Assembly (NCBI RefSeq): GCF_026571515.1
Contig: NW_026867092.1
Location: 248,001 to 312,000, forward strand
Direction: 5' to 3'
Source: Ruditapes philippinarum
Taxonomy: Eukaryota
DNA length: 64,000 bases
Shown here: positions 51,493 to 63,241 of the stretch, one piece after another
Numbering within the stretch: position 1 is the stretch's first letter
How the letters are laid out: each line of letters starts with the position of its first letter
Program-made: the position numbers and the translations under genes
Notes under the pieces: model-generated
The model's database searches: none
The model's input: only the letters and a program-made list of their open reading frames with translations
What the model was told of the DNA's origin: nothing

Positions 51493-54324
51493 TTATTTGG
51501 AAGGGTCCATAACTATTTTGCACGCAGCACCACTAAACAGGGTTTTGAACGCATCCTCGTATTTGGACATCGGGAAGCGGTGTGTAATCACTTTATCCAC
51601 GTCAACAGACTTGTCGGCAACCATTTTCTCCAGTGCTTCCCACGTGTGATAGATCCGACGACCGTGCACTGTCTTTATCGTCAAACATTTGAACACTGAA
51701 AAAAACATTAAATATACAAGACGTTATAACAAACATACATTAATGAGAAACATATCTCATTATCTGAGCACGAAGAATCAGAAAAAGGTAGGCAAGTTTA
51801 CTTGTATGTGCAATTAGTAGGAGTCTACATGATTGCGTTAGTCTTTTTTGTTTGGTTTACGTCGCACCAACACAGTATAGGTCATATCGCAACTTTCAGC
51901 TTTATTTGGGGGAGGAAGACCTTTGGTGCCCCTTTGTGCATTATTTCAGACACAAACGGGCACCTGAGTGGAACCAGCGACTTTCCGTGGGCTAGATGGA
52001 TAGCTTTCTCACATAAAAGAAACCGAAGACGCTGTCGCGGCTCGAACATACCACTTTGATGGGCAACTGGTTTGAAGTCAACGACATTTACCAATCGGTC
52101 ACAGACTTGGTCGAAAATATGACAGAAACAAAGTACGGTGTCTCTCTTTACAGTCTACTTTGAAAAAAATAAATTAAACAATCCTCACGATAAAAATATG
52201 CTTTGGCTAAAATTTGAAATGCATTCCCTTTAAATCCGTATTTTATAAATGATACTATGTATATTCAAAGGATTTTTTTTCTAAATATGAAGATTGCACT
52301 TTATGGCAAAAGTGATTTGGAAACTGCAATCAAGATGTCATTCTTCAATTCGATATAACTTTGGCAAAAGTGATTTGGAAACTGCAATCAAGATGTCATT
52401 CTTCAATTCGATATAACTTCTTTTCATTGGGTTTTACGTCGCATTAATTTAATAATATATGCCATATGGCGAATTTCCAGTTTCACTGATGGAGGAAGAC
52501 CTTATAGGCACTTCAGGCACAAAAGGGCACCTAGTAGAACCACCGATCATTCAGATTCGCGCAGGACCTAATGACTAAACACAAGGATTCTACAAAAAGT
52601 TTTACTTATATCCGGAAGCGGGTGTTCAACATGGATCGGCTGTTTCGGTAATCCAATAAGCACCACTCGGCCACCTTTCCGCAAATACGAAAAACATGAG
52701 TTAAGCATTCCAGCATTTCCGCTGCACTCACAAATACGTCCTATACCGGAACCGGAAGTCATTTCCATCATTGCCTGGTTTGCAAAAGAAATGGGCTTAA
52801 TAAATGTTTTACTTAACAGTTGCTAAACAACAATTTATTATAACGACATACCTTAAATTTAACTTTTTGTAGTCTACTAGTTGTAGTTGTATGTGCTATT
52901 TTGTAAAAAGATAGTCGGCCTAATTTTGTGTTCTTTTAAAATAAAATATAACAGTTGTTCAGACATAACAGTATGGCTATTTTAATAACTCCGAGATTTA
53001 CAAATATTTTTCGTGTTGTTTTTAACGATTAAATTAGATAGCTTACATGTTTCCTAAAATGAAGGAAATGCTAAACTGGATACCTCTTTTAAATCCTTCT
53101 CTTTTGTGTTGATCACTATATCAGTACCAATGTCCTTTGCTAACTTCAACTTCCACTCTTCAATATCAACCCCGATTACCCTTCAAGCATAAAGTAATAC
53201 TAACATTATTTCATTACATTTTGAAAAAACAAAACATGCCATGCTCGTTTGGTTTGGTTTACGGCGCACCAACACAATTTAGAACACATGGCGTCGAAAC
53301 AGGGAAAATGATTATTGCTAACCTCGGGTGTTACAAACTTAAAGCAACACCAGGGGTCAAAATGAGAAATACATTTAGATTCTATTCATAAGTTAGATGG
53401 TAACTTCCATGGGGACTTTCATACTTCCATGCTTGAAAAAAAAAAATTTACGTACCTTTTTGCCCCCATCACCTTTGCTACCCGTTGTGCGAGCAATCCT
53501 ACGGGTCCGCATCCGATGACCAATACATCTTCGTCCTTAACCTTTAACCTTTCTATTCCATTATGAGCAACACCTAGCGGTTCTAACATAGTTATCTCCT
53601 CTGCATCTGTAAACCAAAACATATGTTCCCAGTAAAAATGTAAACTGACGTCGCACATGCATTATAAAGGTAACATATGTTGTTAATATTTCGATATTGT
53701 ATACACTTTTTAAAGGTTATAAATATGTTTGACTGATTTAGAAGAATTTATTTTAACAGTAAAACTAATAAATGAATAGAAACAACATACAAAATAACGC
53801 TTTGTTACTGTTTAAATAAGACACACTGGATATCTGGATATAAATTCTAAATTAATATACATGCACTTACTTAAATTCTTTGTTATAACGTATAGGTATT
53901 TCTGTGATACGATGGAATATTCTGAACACCCTCCATGCATCGTCTTCCTGCCATGTCCATATTGACCCATATTGAAGCAGATCTCCTTCAGTCCATTATT
54001 ACACTGATAGCAATCTCCACAAAAGAAATGATTCTCGACTCCAACACGTGTACCAATTTTTAATGTGGCATCGGGACCACATTTCACGACAGTGCCTGCG
54101 GTCTCGTGCCCTGGAATAAAAGGAACGGTTGCTATGACACGAGCCATGTCGCTCCATTTATACAGAGATATATCGGAGCCGCAAATAGAAACTACGTCGA
54201 CCTTTATTAAAACTTCATCTCCCTCCGGCTCCGGAACTGGCATTTCTTTGTAAATGTACGATTCTGTTTCCGTTTCCTTTATCAGTGCTTTCATCGTTTT
54301 GGGTATTTCTTGAACTGAAGCCAT
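51493..54324 (-). CDS. tdh: Zn-dependent medium-chain dehydrogenase (MDR), prokaryotic L-threonine 3-dehydrogenase-like, 357 aa
   Basis: Exons 54324-53871, 53606-53456, 53180-53084, 52774-52606 and 51695-51493 (GT-AG, 1074 nt). Catalytic Zn motifs SICGSD and PGHE; structural Zn CGDCYQC-x7-C; LEPLGVA; NAD-binding GCGPVG with the acidic GVDI; TDH-like C-terminus HGRRIYHTW...VITHRF. The MDR family call is secure; the substrate is not. Confidence 0.9.
51847..52105 (-). mobile_element. tRNA-derived SINE in the last intron of the MDR gene
   Basis: Minus strand head TGTGACCGATTGGT...GTTCGAGCC and an AAAC tail. Further fragments at ~52426-52545 and ~53246-53300. Confidence 0.7.
52304..52419. repeat. 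Perfect 58-bp tandem duplication
   Basis: TGGCAAAAGTGATTTGGAAACTGCAATCAAGATGTCATTCTTCAATTCGATATAACTT occurs at 52304 and 52362. Confidence 0.9.
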
Positions 54325-55478
54325 CTTGAAAGCCTACCGCAATGTCACAGTGTCTAGTGTCGAAATGTCGTTGTATGAGATTTTCACATGTACTCCGTCT
54401 GCACTTGAAAAATAAAGAGTTAAACCGGTCACGGTTATCAATCAGCTTGTGTGAGATATAAATACTATACATGTTTAAGATATATATTATTGCAGATAAG
54501 TCAGTTATAACTTAAAATGACGTATTTACATAGCATGCAGATGTAATTGTACAAAGTACACATATCTCGGGTCAATATATTGAACGGTTATAAATACCGT
54601 GTATAATCATCGTATCTTCTTGGGCAATTCCGTTAATGGGGCCCCTGCGATTTTCAAAATTACTTTTTTTGCAAAGGGACTAGTACGTTTGCACCCTTGT
54701 AATACAGTTTTGCTTTAAATTTCAAACTCAAATAATTTACAATGTGTTATGTACATTTGCGAATAAATTTTCATTGTAGTAGTCAAAAGGTCCATGTACA
54801 TGTAATAGAAATAGCATCGAAACACGAGACTATCTGATTTGTATGAGGGGGCATAGCCACCGAGTACAAATCAGATTCCCAAGAGTTTTGATGTTCTTTC
54901 CCTTTTTTGACATGGGCAAACTAGAAACACCTTCCCTGCACTAACAATATGACCACCCCCACTCACCCTCAAACAAAAAGTAAGCAATGTAAGAGCATCT
55001 TAATATGACTTTTCTATTGCTGCCCTCTATCCCTCTATCTTCCTCAGAAATATGTAGCCAATCAACGAACATGCTCTTATTTTATCGCGGACAGACACTG
55101 TGGTAACTGGAGTGCCGGTAACTATTTACCACACTGTGCATGTATGGGTATACGATTTAACTCGGACTCATTTTTAATAAAAAGGTCTTCAATCTATGAT
55201 AAAACCTCTTTTATAAAGAGTCATGCCTTAAACACCAACAGTGTTTTATTCAAATTTATTTTTCATATGAAATCTGCCCGACGAGCACTACTTCATATAC
55301 ATGCATGTACATGTATATGATACACATCGTCTATTTGCGGGTCACCATCAAGGTCTTCTTATGCCTGTACACGTCTAGATAATGTCCGATATCACGAAGA
55401 TAACGTCTTCTTTTTAGATATATACACATCTATCTCTTTAACTTATACAGACAGTTTCAGTTGTCTTAAAGGGACATA
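54325..55478. promoter_or_regulatory. Divergent intergenic/promoter region shared by the MDR dehydrogenase and the dehydratase
   Basis: The ATGs at 54324 (-) and 55479 (+) point away from each other. TATA-like TATAAATA at 54457-54464, several WGATAA sites, and a small palindrome ATCTGATTTGTA...TACAAATCAGAT at ~54832-54876. Confidence 0.6.
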
Positions 55479-56762
55479 ATGAGCTGCAGGGCATTTCCAC
55501 GAATTAAGACTGTCCGTGCGTACGTTTCACAGGCCCAGGAAGGAGACCAGGGAGCCGATTGTCATGACGTCAGCGACCAACACTGGATCAATGGATATCC
55601 GACGCCGGTGGCGAATCAGATGTCGATGTATGAACTTTACCAACCATTGAGAAAATCCTGGGGAATAAATGCCCTAGGTTCACTTGTTGTTGAAGTGGAA
55701 GCCGAAGACGGCACGACAGGTGTAGGCGTGTCCATAGGCGGAGAACCTGGTTGCTTTATTGTTGAGAAACATTTAAGTAGATTTATAGAAGGGCAGGACC
55801 CTCGTAATGTAGAGCTTATTTATGATCAGATGTTTCGTTCCACCTTAAACTATGGCAGGAAGGGACTTCCTATCCAAGCAATAAGTGCTGTCGACTTGGC
55901 GCTATGGGATTTACTTGGAAAGATACGAAATGAACCAGTGTACGCTTTGATTGGCGGCAAAACAAAGGAGCGACTTCCAGTCTATTGTACTACAGCTAGA
56001 CCAGATCTCGCCCAAAAGTTTGGTTTCGTTGGCGCCAAAATTCCATGTCCGTACGGTCCTTCGGCTGGAAATGAAGGTTTAAAGAAAAACATTGAGTTCT
56101 ACAAAGGATGGAGAGAAAAGGTTGGAGACGAGTTCCCATTGAGCCTCGATTGTTACATGGCGTTGACTGTCCCGTATGCTACACGTCTTGCCAACGAGCT
56201 CGAGCCGTACGGTTTGAAATGGATGGAAGAATTTCTGCCACCGGATGATTACGAGGGCTATGCTCAAGTACGTGAAAATCTACGTGGTTCAAAGGTTTTG
56301 TTGACAACGGGAGAACATGAATACAATCGTTATGGTTTTGATAGACTTATACATTCTAGATGTGTTGATATTCTGCAACCGGATATCACGTGGTTAGGCG
56401 GAATTACGGAGGCAAGGCGAGTGGTTTCTATGGCAGCCGCTCATGATACAATGATTATACCTCACGGCTCAAGCGTCTATTCTTACCATCTTCAGTATGC
56501 ATTTACCAACTGCCCAGTTGCCGAATATATCAACCTCAGCCCTAAAGCAGATAAAATAGTTCCATACTTCGGGGGACTATTTCCCGACGAACCACTGCCT
56601 GCGGATGGTTTCATTGATCTTCCAGACCGTCCAGGATTTGGTGTTACCCTGTGCAAGAAAACGTTGAAGAGACCGTACGAGCGTTCCGCTGAGGAATCCA
56701 AGAAAAATGCTGACATAAATAAGGAGTACAAAGGACCGAAAAAGGCACATATGCCTTTCTAA
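55479..56762 (+). CDS. rhmD: L-rhamnonate dehydratase-like (enolase superfamily, mandelate racemase subgroup), intronless CDS, 427 aa
   Basis: RhmD/YfaW/LRA3-type motifs GADCHD...HWI, RKSWGINALG, IVEKHLSRFIEG, AISAVDLALWDL, metal-ligand segments DCYM / WMEE / GEHE, QPDITWLGG and PHGSSVYSYH. AATAAA at 56900. Confidence 0.93.
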   Translation: MSCRAFPRIKTVRAYVSQAQEGDQGADCHDVSDQHWINGYPTPVANQMSMYELYQPLRKSWGINALGSLVVEVEAEDGTTGVGVSIGGEPGCFIVEKHLSRFIEGQDPRNVELIYDQMFRSTLNYGRKGLPIQAISAVDLALWDLLGKIRNEPVYALIGGKTKERLPVYCTTARPDLAQKFGFVGAKIPCPYGPSAGNEGLKKNIEFYKGWREKVGDEFPLSLDCYMALTVPYATRLANELEPYGLKWMEEFLPPDDYEGYAQVRENLRGSKVLLTTGEHEYNRYGFDRLIHSRCVDILQPDITWLGGITEARRVVSMAAAHDTMIIPHGSSVYSYHLQYAFTNCPVAEYINLSPKADKIVPYFGGLFPDEPLPADGFIDLPDRPGFGVTLCKKTLKRPYERSAEESKKNADINKEYKGPKKAHMPF

Positions 56763-59700
56763 TTGAGATAACTTAGTAAACAGAGTGATATTATAAGTGA
56801 CAGACAAGTAAATACAAGTACTCTGTTAGTACAATTATTCTTTTAATTACTTCGCATGTATTAGAGTTCGAAATTTATGTTGTATATTTATACATATTGA
56901 ATAAATGTAGTATTCTGTATTTAATGTGATCAAGGGCATTCACTCTTATGACATATAGTTTTTCAAAGCTTGCAGTGAAGTCCCTTGAAAATATGTTCGA
57001 ATAATTTGATAAGATGTGTGAAAAGTCAGGGAAATATGCGAATAAAAACTGCTCTTATCACATAAAAGTAACAATTATTTAAAATCTGTAATCAAACAAT
57101 CGTCCCGAATAAAAATATATGAAGTTTTAAGTAGAATCCCCTGCGTTGTTATCTATCGCAGACGACAAGATGATTCTTAAAAGTTGCGGGAACTTGGATA
57201 GATCTCAACGATAAATGTCTTCCAAACGAGATTTTAATGTATCCGTTATTTTAATGCCGACGTAAGAAGCTGTGATATCGCTTTGCCGGCGACACTATTT
57301 TCGTTTCTATTCGTGCACGCATAAATCCCTCCGCTTGAATTTTATAGATATCTATAAGAAGGGATTTATTTCCTGTTTGAAACTGTATTTTGTAAAATTC
57401 TATTTTTAATATGTAAATTATGGCATGCTTATGCAGGAATTTACTTAGATAATATCAACTGAATATCATTTCCAGGTCTAATTACTCATAATTTGGTACA
57501 AATTTAACAGTTGTTTCCTACGCGTGTTCCGTACGCGTTAAGAATCGATTATATTTCTAATTCATTCCTGATTATTCATCCTTAAGATGATCGAAATCTA
57601 CAATATTTGGAATTTTATTTGAAATTATTTTCAATTTTCACAGTTCGATTTGACAGACCTAACATACCTTTTGTAAAATATTAAAGTAAAAAGTCTGTGC
57701 TCTTAATTAAACTGAATAACTTTCAATCATCATAATTTTTATGTACTTTTCTTGTTTTGATGTCTCTTTCTTCGGCAAGATCACATTGTTTATTTATGTA
57801 TAATACAGACAATAGATATTTAAATACATTTTGTATACTGAAAGCGAAAACTTTTTATTAACTGATCATGCACTGTCATAAGTTTAAATGCGAATGAGTT
57901 TTCCAGTAGATACAGAATACTCTATCGAATACTCTGTCAGAAAAAATCACTTATAGAACCGGCAGCAAATCTCGTTAAAGTATTTTTAAAGGGACTCCAA
58001 TGAGGTTGTTTTATTTTTTACATGACAGGTCTGGAAATAATCTAAATTAATTTGTTAATCTAAAAAAAAAATTCTGGTAAAAGTACATATAAGTCTTCAG
58101 ACAGAACAAGCTCTGTAACCATAAATCGGTAAATTCTAGAAATAATAACAATATAAATGTAGCCGAACATGAATTTATTAAACTACAATGTAATTAAATT
58201 GTGCTTATCAGGAATTTAAGCGTCTTCTTAGATCAACTGAAAAACAGTTTAAAACACAAACGAGGGTCTCCTGAGTTCAAAATTCAGGGCGCGAAACATG
58301 ATTTCTGTAAAGAATGACTGAAAGCCAATTATACAAGACAGTGTTTTTGTCTCAAGTAATAAAGTGATTACTATAGCAAATATCACTTGTCATTTGTTAA
58401 AAAAAAGTCAGCTGCGTCCACAGCTTGATCAATGTTTGAACATGATACAGAATTAATCTATGCTAGTTGCAATTCAGCATTATAACCAGTGATAACAAAG
58501 GTCGTATTCTTTATGTATTATATGTTATGTTTTTCAACAATAAAACCATACAATAATTATTTAGGGAGGTTTTGTTTAGGGGGTCGGGTTTGTGACACCT
58601 GACCTCTAAAGATGTAACGTGTAGTTTGGATACGTGTATCTGCACGTACAAGATCACAGTACTTCTGTAATAAAACTCAATAGATTGTTACATTGCAAAA
58701 CATGCATTTGAAAAATGATATTCTATTTCAATACATACACTAGAAAATTGTTTATATTGGGATTCGCTTGTCACCAGTGAGCTCAAATTTCTTTGATGAA
58801 TGGACGGGAGACGATCCCGCAATATCGAGCGGAAAAAGAAAATAGTCTTAAAAATTTTATCGAGTGAAAAAAAAACTTTAGTGTCAATCTTATTTTATTT
58901 GTGAATTGAGATATACAATATTTCGTTTATTTCAGTTTTGTGTGGAAAACAAACAAATCGTAGGCTCGTGAATGAAGATAATAGTCCTGGGTTTTAGTTA
59001 TATGCGCTAAACTTGTTGACTTTCTGCCACTCGAGTTGCCCACCTGGCAAATTTGAAAACACTCTGTGAAATCTCTAACCAATAGTCAACAGGCGGATTT
59101 AAGTCTCACAGGTGTTGAAATGTTCATTTAATAAAGGGGTATACTCGTTTCATTTAAAACTGAAAATCCCACCATTTACTAGTATTAAAATTTATTCTTC
59201 GGCCACCATGTGTTTTCAGCGTTGTTTTTCGTTATTTTTTAAGAATAAAAGATCACCGGGCGCTATTTAAATATCTAACAGATTTGAGCATGAATTATTT
59301 ATTTTTAGTCTGTTTACATTTTCTTTTCAGATATCAAATTAACAAAGTTACTCTTGGTTTTGTTAAACTTTAAATAGGGGTTACTTTATTAACCAACCTT
59401 TTCTGTGAAAGCTAATGGTTTTCCCATTAGAATATAACTCCTTTTTGTCGAATTAAACAGTTGAGTAGTTTTGGATGGGAAGGATAATTTGACTTTTTTT
59501 TAAAGACTTGAGATGAGATATTTATCTCTTGACTACCAACACGAGACAAAGTTTTTGACACAACGTACGGAAGGATAGCTTATCACAGACAAACGGAATG
59601 ATAGCTAATCTACTATTTTGTAGATGACAAACAATTAACACAGTGGCGCGTTTTGTTTAAAAAATAACTGCGAAAAATACGCAAAAAAGATTTTTATCTA

Positions 59701-60617
59701 AGTCTCGATAAGTGATTGGAATTTAGTTAACTGCATGTGGCCAGATGAAGATTAAGCGTTCATCGGCGGTTCTCGTGTAATAATGTGAGATTTCAGACTT
59801 TTGTCAGTGCCGGAGTTGATGTATATAAATGATTGATTCGTAGATGTTCAAGTTAAACATCAAGATAAGTTAATAAACATGCTGGATTTATATCGCTCTT
59901 AAACTTCGTTTTGTTTCAACGCAAAGCAAGAAGCTTCTGGTGTAAAGCTAAATCAAGGGGAAAACATAAAACGCTCTTTCGAGAGCTTTACGAATTATTC
60001 TCCGCCTATAAATACAATTTAGAATTGTTCGTTTTATTTCACTCATGGTCAAAGTGGATTCTCTTTCATTGAGAATGTTTTATTTATTTTTCAATGAAAC
60101 AATATAACTTTACGTTAAAGGGGCTATTTATTATTTGCGGATTTTAGAGAAATGGTTATATAGCGGTGGTTAAACGTGCCTTTGCATATTTTATATTATT
60201 ATAAGGCAAGGCATACCAGGTGTGGGAAAAATGTAACTAGTCTTGAAAAAAAATATTGGATTTGCCTCATTCATGATATTTGTTGTTTAAGATGTAAAAT
60301 TGCACGTGATATTAGTGTTATATAATCATACGTTTTCTCGAGCACGCGGTATAACTTAGATATGAAACAGAAGGATTCACATTTTATAGATTGATTAAAA
60401 GTTTAAAATGAATGCGATTGAAAGTTTTGATTTAGGTGTGATTTAACCAAAATGTTATCATTTTGTCTTGAAAATCCAGCTAATAAAAGAAATCGATTAA
60501 ACAAATGGATGTGTCATTTGATTCGGATTTGCGACCTGGATAAATTTAAGTGAGAGAATATTTATACATCTTGACCAAAATCCTTTAAATTCTCACTCAA
60601 GTGCTTTTTGGATAAAC

Positions 60618-60924
60618 ATGTGGATTTTTAAGGCCCCCATAGGCCTTTCGGATATTTACGTTGTTGTGATATGTTATTTATTAACTATTACGCACGTTGA
60701 CGGAGGAAAGAAAAATAAAGGGAAAAAGTCCGAGGTAGAGTCAACGGAGGCAATGGAACGATTATCACGTGTGTTCGGGATCGAACATGCACCGGAACAC
60801 AATGTTCACTCAACGCCCCCTCAGTTTATGTTGGAACTTTTTAATGATATCACCGACTCTGGCGGTTTAATAAAAAAAGATGGTCCGTATAATGCATCAA
60901 CAATAGTCAGCTTCCCAGACAGAG
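60618..60924 (+). CDS. First coding exon of a BMP/TGF-beta family ligand (signal peptide + prodomain start), most similar to ADMP
   Basis: Hydrophobic signal IYVVVICYLLTITHVDG; prodomain motif EAMERLSRVFG...PPQFMLELFN.I.D..G......NASTIVSFPDR; phase-1 donor G|GTAAGA at 60924/60925. Remaining exons were not found in the window. Confidence 0.8.
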
Positions 60925-62273
60925 GTAAGAAAATCATATAATATAATTGCGTAGCGTAATTGACTCGAACCCATACATTTATCATCTTGAATGGTTTTAA
61001 GTTTGCATTAAATATATCTTTAAAATAATATCTTTTTGTTACGATAAAATCAATGTTAGTAGAAGCTCAAATTTATGTTCATTTTAAAACTTCAGAATTT
61101 AACTTCGTATGGGAGGAATCTCATTTTATTCCTGTCCCACATAGTGACGATCTTGTGACAGGAATTATGGCACACACGTAGACACGTGTACAGATAAAAC
61201 TGTAGGAAAACATATATTTAGTTCCCTAATAAAGTAAAGTCAATTTTAAATCGCACATATGGTTCAGTCCGGTGGCGAGGGTAAACAAACCAAACACACA
61301 ACAAGTAGAAGCTTTGATCTTTGTTTTTGTAATTGTGAATGAATGAAATAAACATGAATTGTTAGGACACATAAATTATTGATATAAAGGTCATGCCAAA
61401 AAAATGTTCATTATCTAATTACAAAAAACGGATATATGATTAACTCACTTTAATATAACTAAAAGAAAATACACTGTCATTCTCAACAAAATAAATATTT
61501 TCAGATAATATCATGCTTTCAGAAAAAAAACATTTGTAATAGTTCATGTTTTACTGAATGAACGTTAAAATTTATCACGATACAAAACCTATGTATACGT
61601 CATACTTGTAATAATGTACATTAATCTTAGAGCCGTGTTAGATAAAATATCTAACGTTTTTGACTAGATATGTCCCTATCTGTTTTACGGTTTTGTCTAG
61701 ATATGACCATAACTATAATACAGCGTGTGTTCTACGTGCGCACGTGTGTAGTCATTAACAAGCTTGCTCCTAATAATATTATACTATAAATATAAAGTCT
61801 AGAAATAATAAAAATAGAGCAATAATGAAGATAGTGTCAATATGAATACTCCTCGGGCATAATAGCACTGTCAATATTTAAGGCCTAGATTTTTTTCTTG
61901 CGGTCAAGTATAATGGGAAAAAAAAGACTATAGCAGGACGTCAGCACTCGTTTCCATTTTTCTCGTGCTATTTTATCTTTTTGCATTAATCATTGATGAG
62001 AGAAAGTTTCTATCTTTAAGGGGTAGATTTCTATCTTGAATGACACAAATATATTAATTTCAGTTATTCAGCATTAAAACCCGTCTTTTATGTTCACTGT
62101 GCGTACTCCGATGTCCAGCGAACTGAACAAAAAGTACAAAGAGACGGGTGATTAAAGAATCCGAAATTACAGGGTTATGAAGCAGGAGTTTTGACATTTG
62201 ATTTTGAATCCCTACAGTTTTTTATTTGAACCTTTCTCATACCAATGTACACATTTTTGTGTGTCTAAAGTAA

Positions 62274-63241
62274 AGCGGTTGTCACACTAGTTAATATAGC
62301 GTATGGTACTATCGTTTGCGAGGGTATGATAAAAAATGGACGTACACTCGTATACGTAGATATACGTTATGAATACGCTAGGTATAAACTGGAACTGTAC
62401 ATGTGTAGACATTTTATAGACACGCTGCCATACTCAATGTACGTACCCATACGTATATCTAAACTTGTTCAATTTTATTCACTTTTCTCGCGCGTGTGAA
62501 TTAGACGTTACGCAGACGCTCATAGTACGCTTGGCGAAAGCTGAAAACGCTTAAAACTGCCGCTTAAAATTTGTTACTCAATCGTCATGCTCGATTTTCA
62601 TACCAATGTAGAAAGAGGGTCAGAACCATAACAAATATATAAATATATCTATTAATCTTAACAGTTGCTAAAATATACGGCGTGTCCTGACGAAAGGATG
62701 TCGGGGCAGAAAAAGAAAATTTTAATGAAGGGCTAGATCCGTCCTCAATGAGGAGACGTTTGATTCATTGAGGTACTGTTACCCTCAAGCAGGATCTTAG
62801 GAGGTTCTCTCGCAGTACCAGTTCTCTCAACTGGGGATTAGCTCATTCGTTTACAGCGGGACAAAGTCTTTCTTTTGTTGGCGTCTTAACAGTTCGACAT
62901 TTAGGTTGGAAATGGACAGAAAACGAACGCTAGGGTAACGCTACTTTTAAAAACGTTGCTGATAAGTTTCACATACGCTACTCAAATGCTTGTATACATA
63001 TGCTACTAATCACGCTGCTATACGTAATATACGCTGACGGTGACAAAACGTTAAGATACGTTTATATACGCGCGCAAACATTTCTTTCATTATTCGCCAA
63101 TTTTACGCCACACAAACGCTATTCATACGCTATCCATAAGTTCATCATGGACAATCGTCCTACGCACAAACACAGTGTGTATGATAAATTCCATATGTAA
63201 TTTACAGTTTTCTCTCATACCCTAAATAGTGTGACAGGGCA
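62274..63241. mobile_element. Degenerate PIF/Harbinger-like non-autonomous element
   Basis: TAA|AGCGGTTGTCACACTA...TAGTGTGACAGGGCA|TAA, with many TACG/ATACGCT subterminal motifs. Confidence 0.55.

Noticed and set aside
51493-56762. Bacterial contamination as the source of the tdh-like and rhmD-like genes
   Set aside because: The MDR gene has four canonical introns containing host SINEs, and the flanks are continuous AT-rich host-like DNA. Read-level confirmation is still desirable.
56079-56807. Minus-strand ORFs over the dehydratase, and alternate-frame ORFs over the MDR and GST genes
   Set aside because: Shadow ORFs of real coding exons with no independent motifs.
62685-62720. CTGACGA...GAAA as a hammerhead ribozyme core
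   Set aside because: No stem II with the required closing pair between CUGANGA and GAAA; the segment folds better as a simple hairpin.
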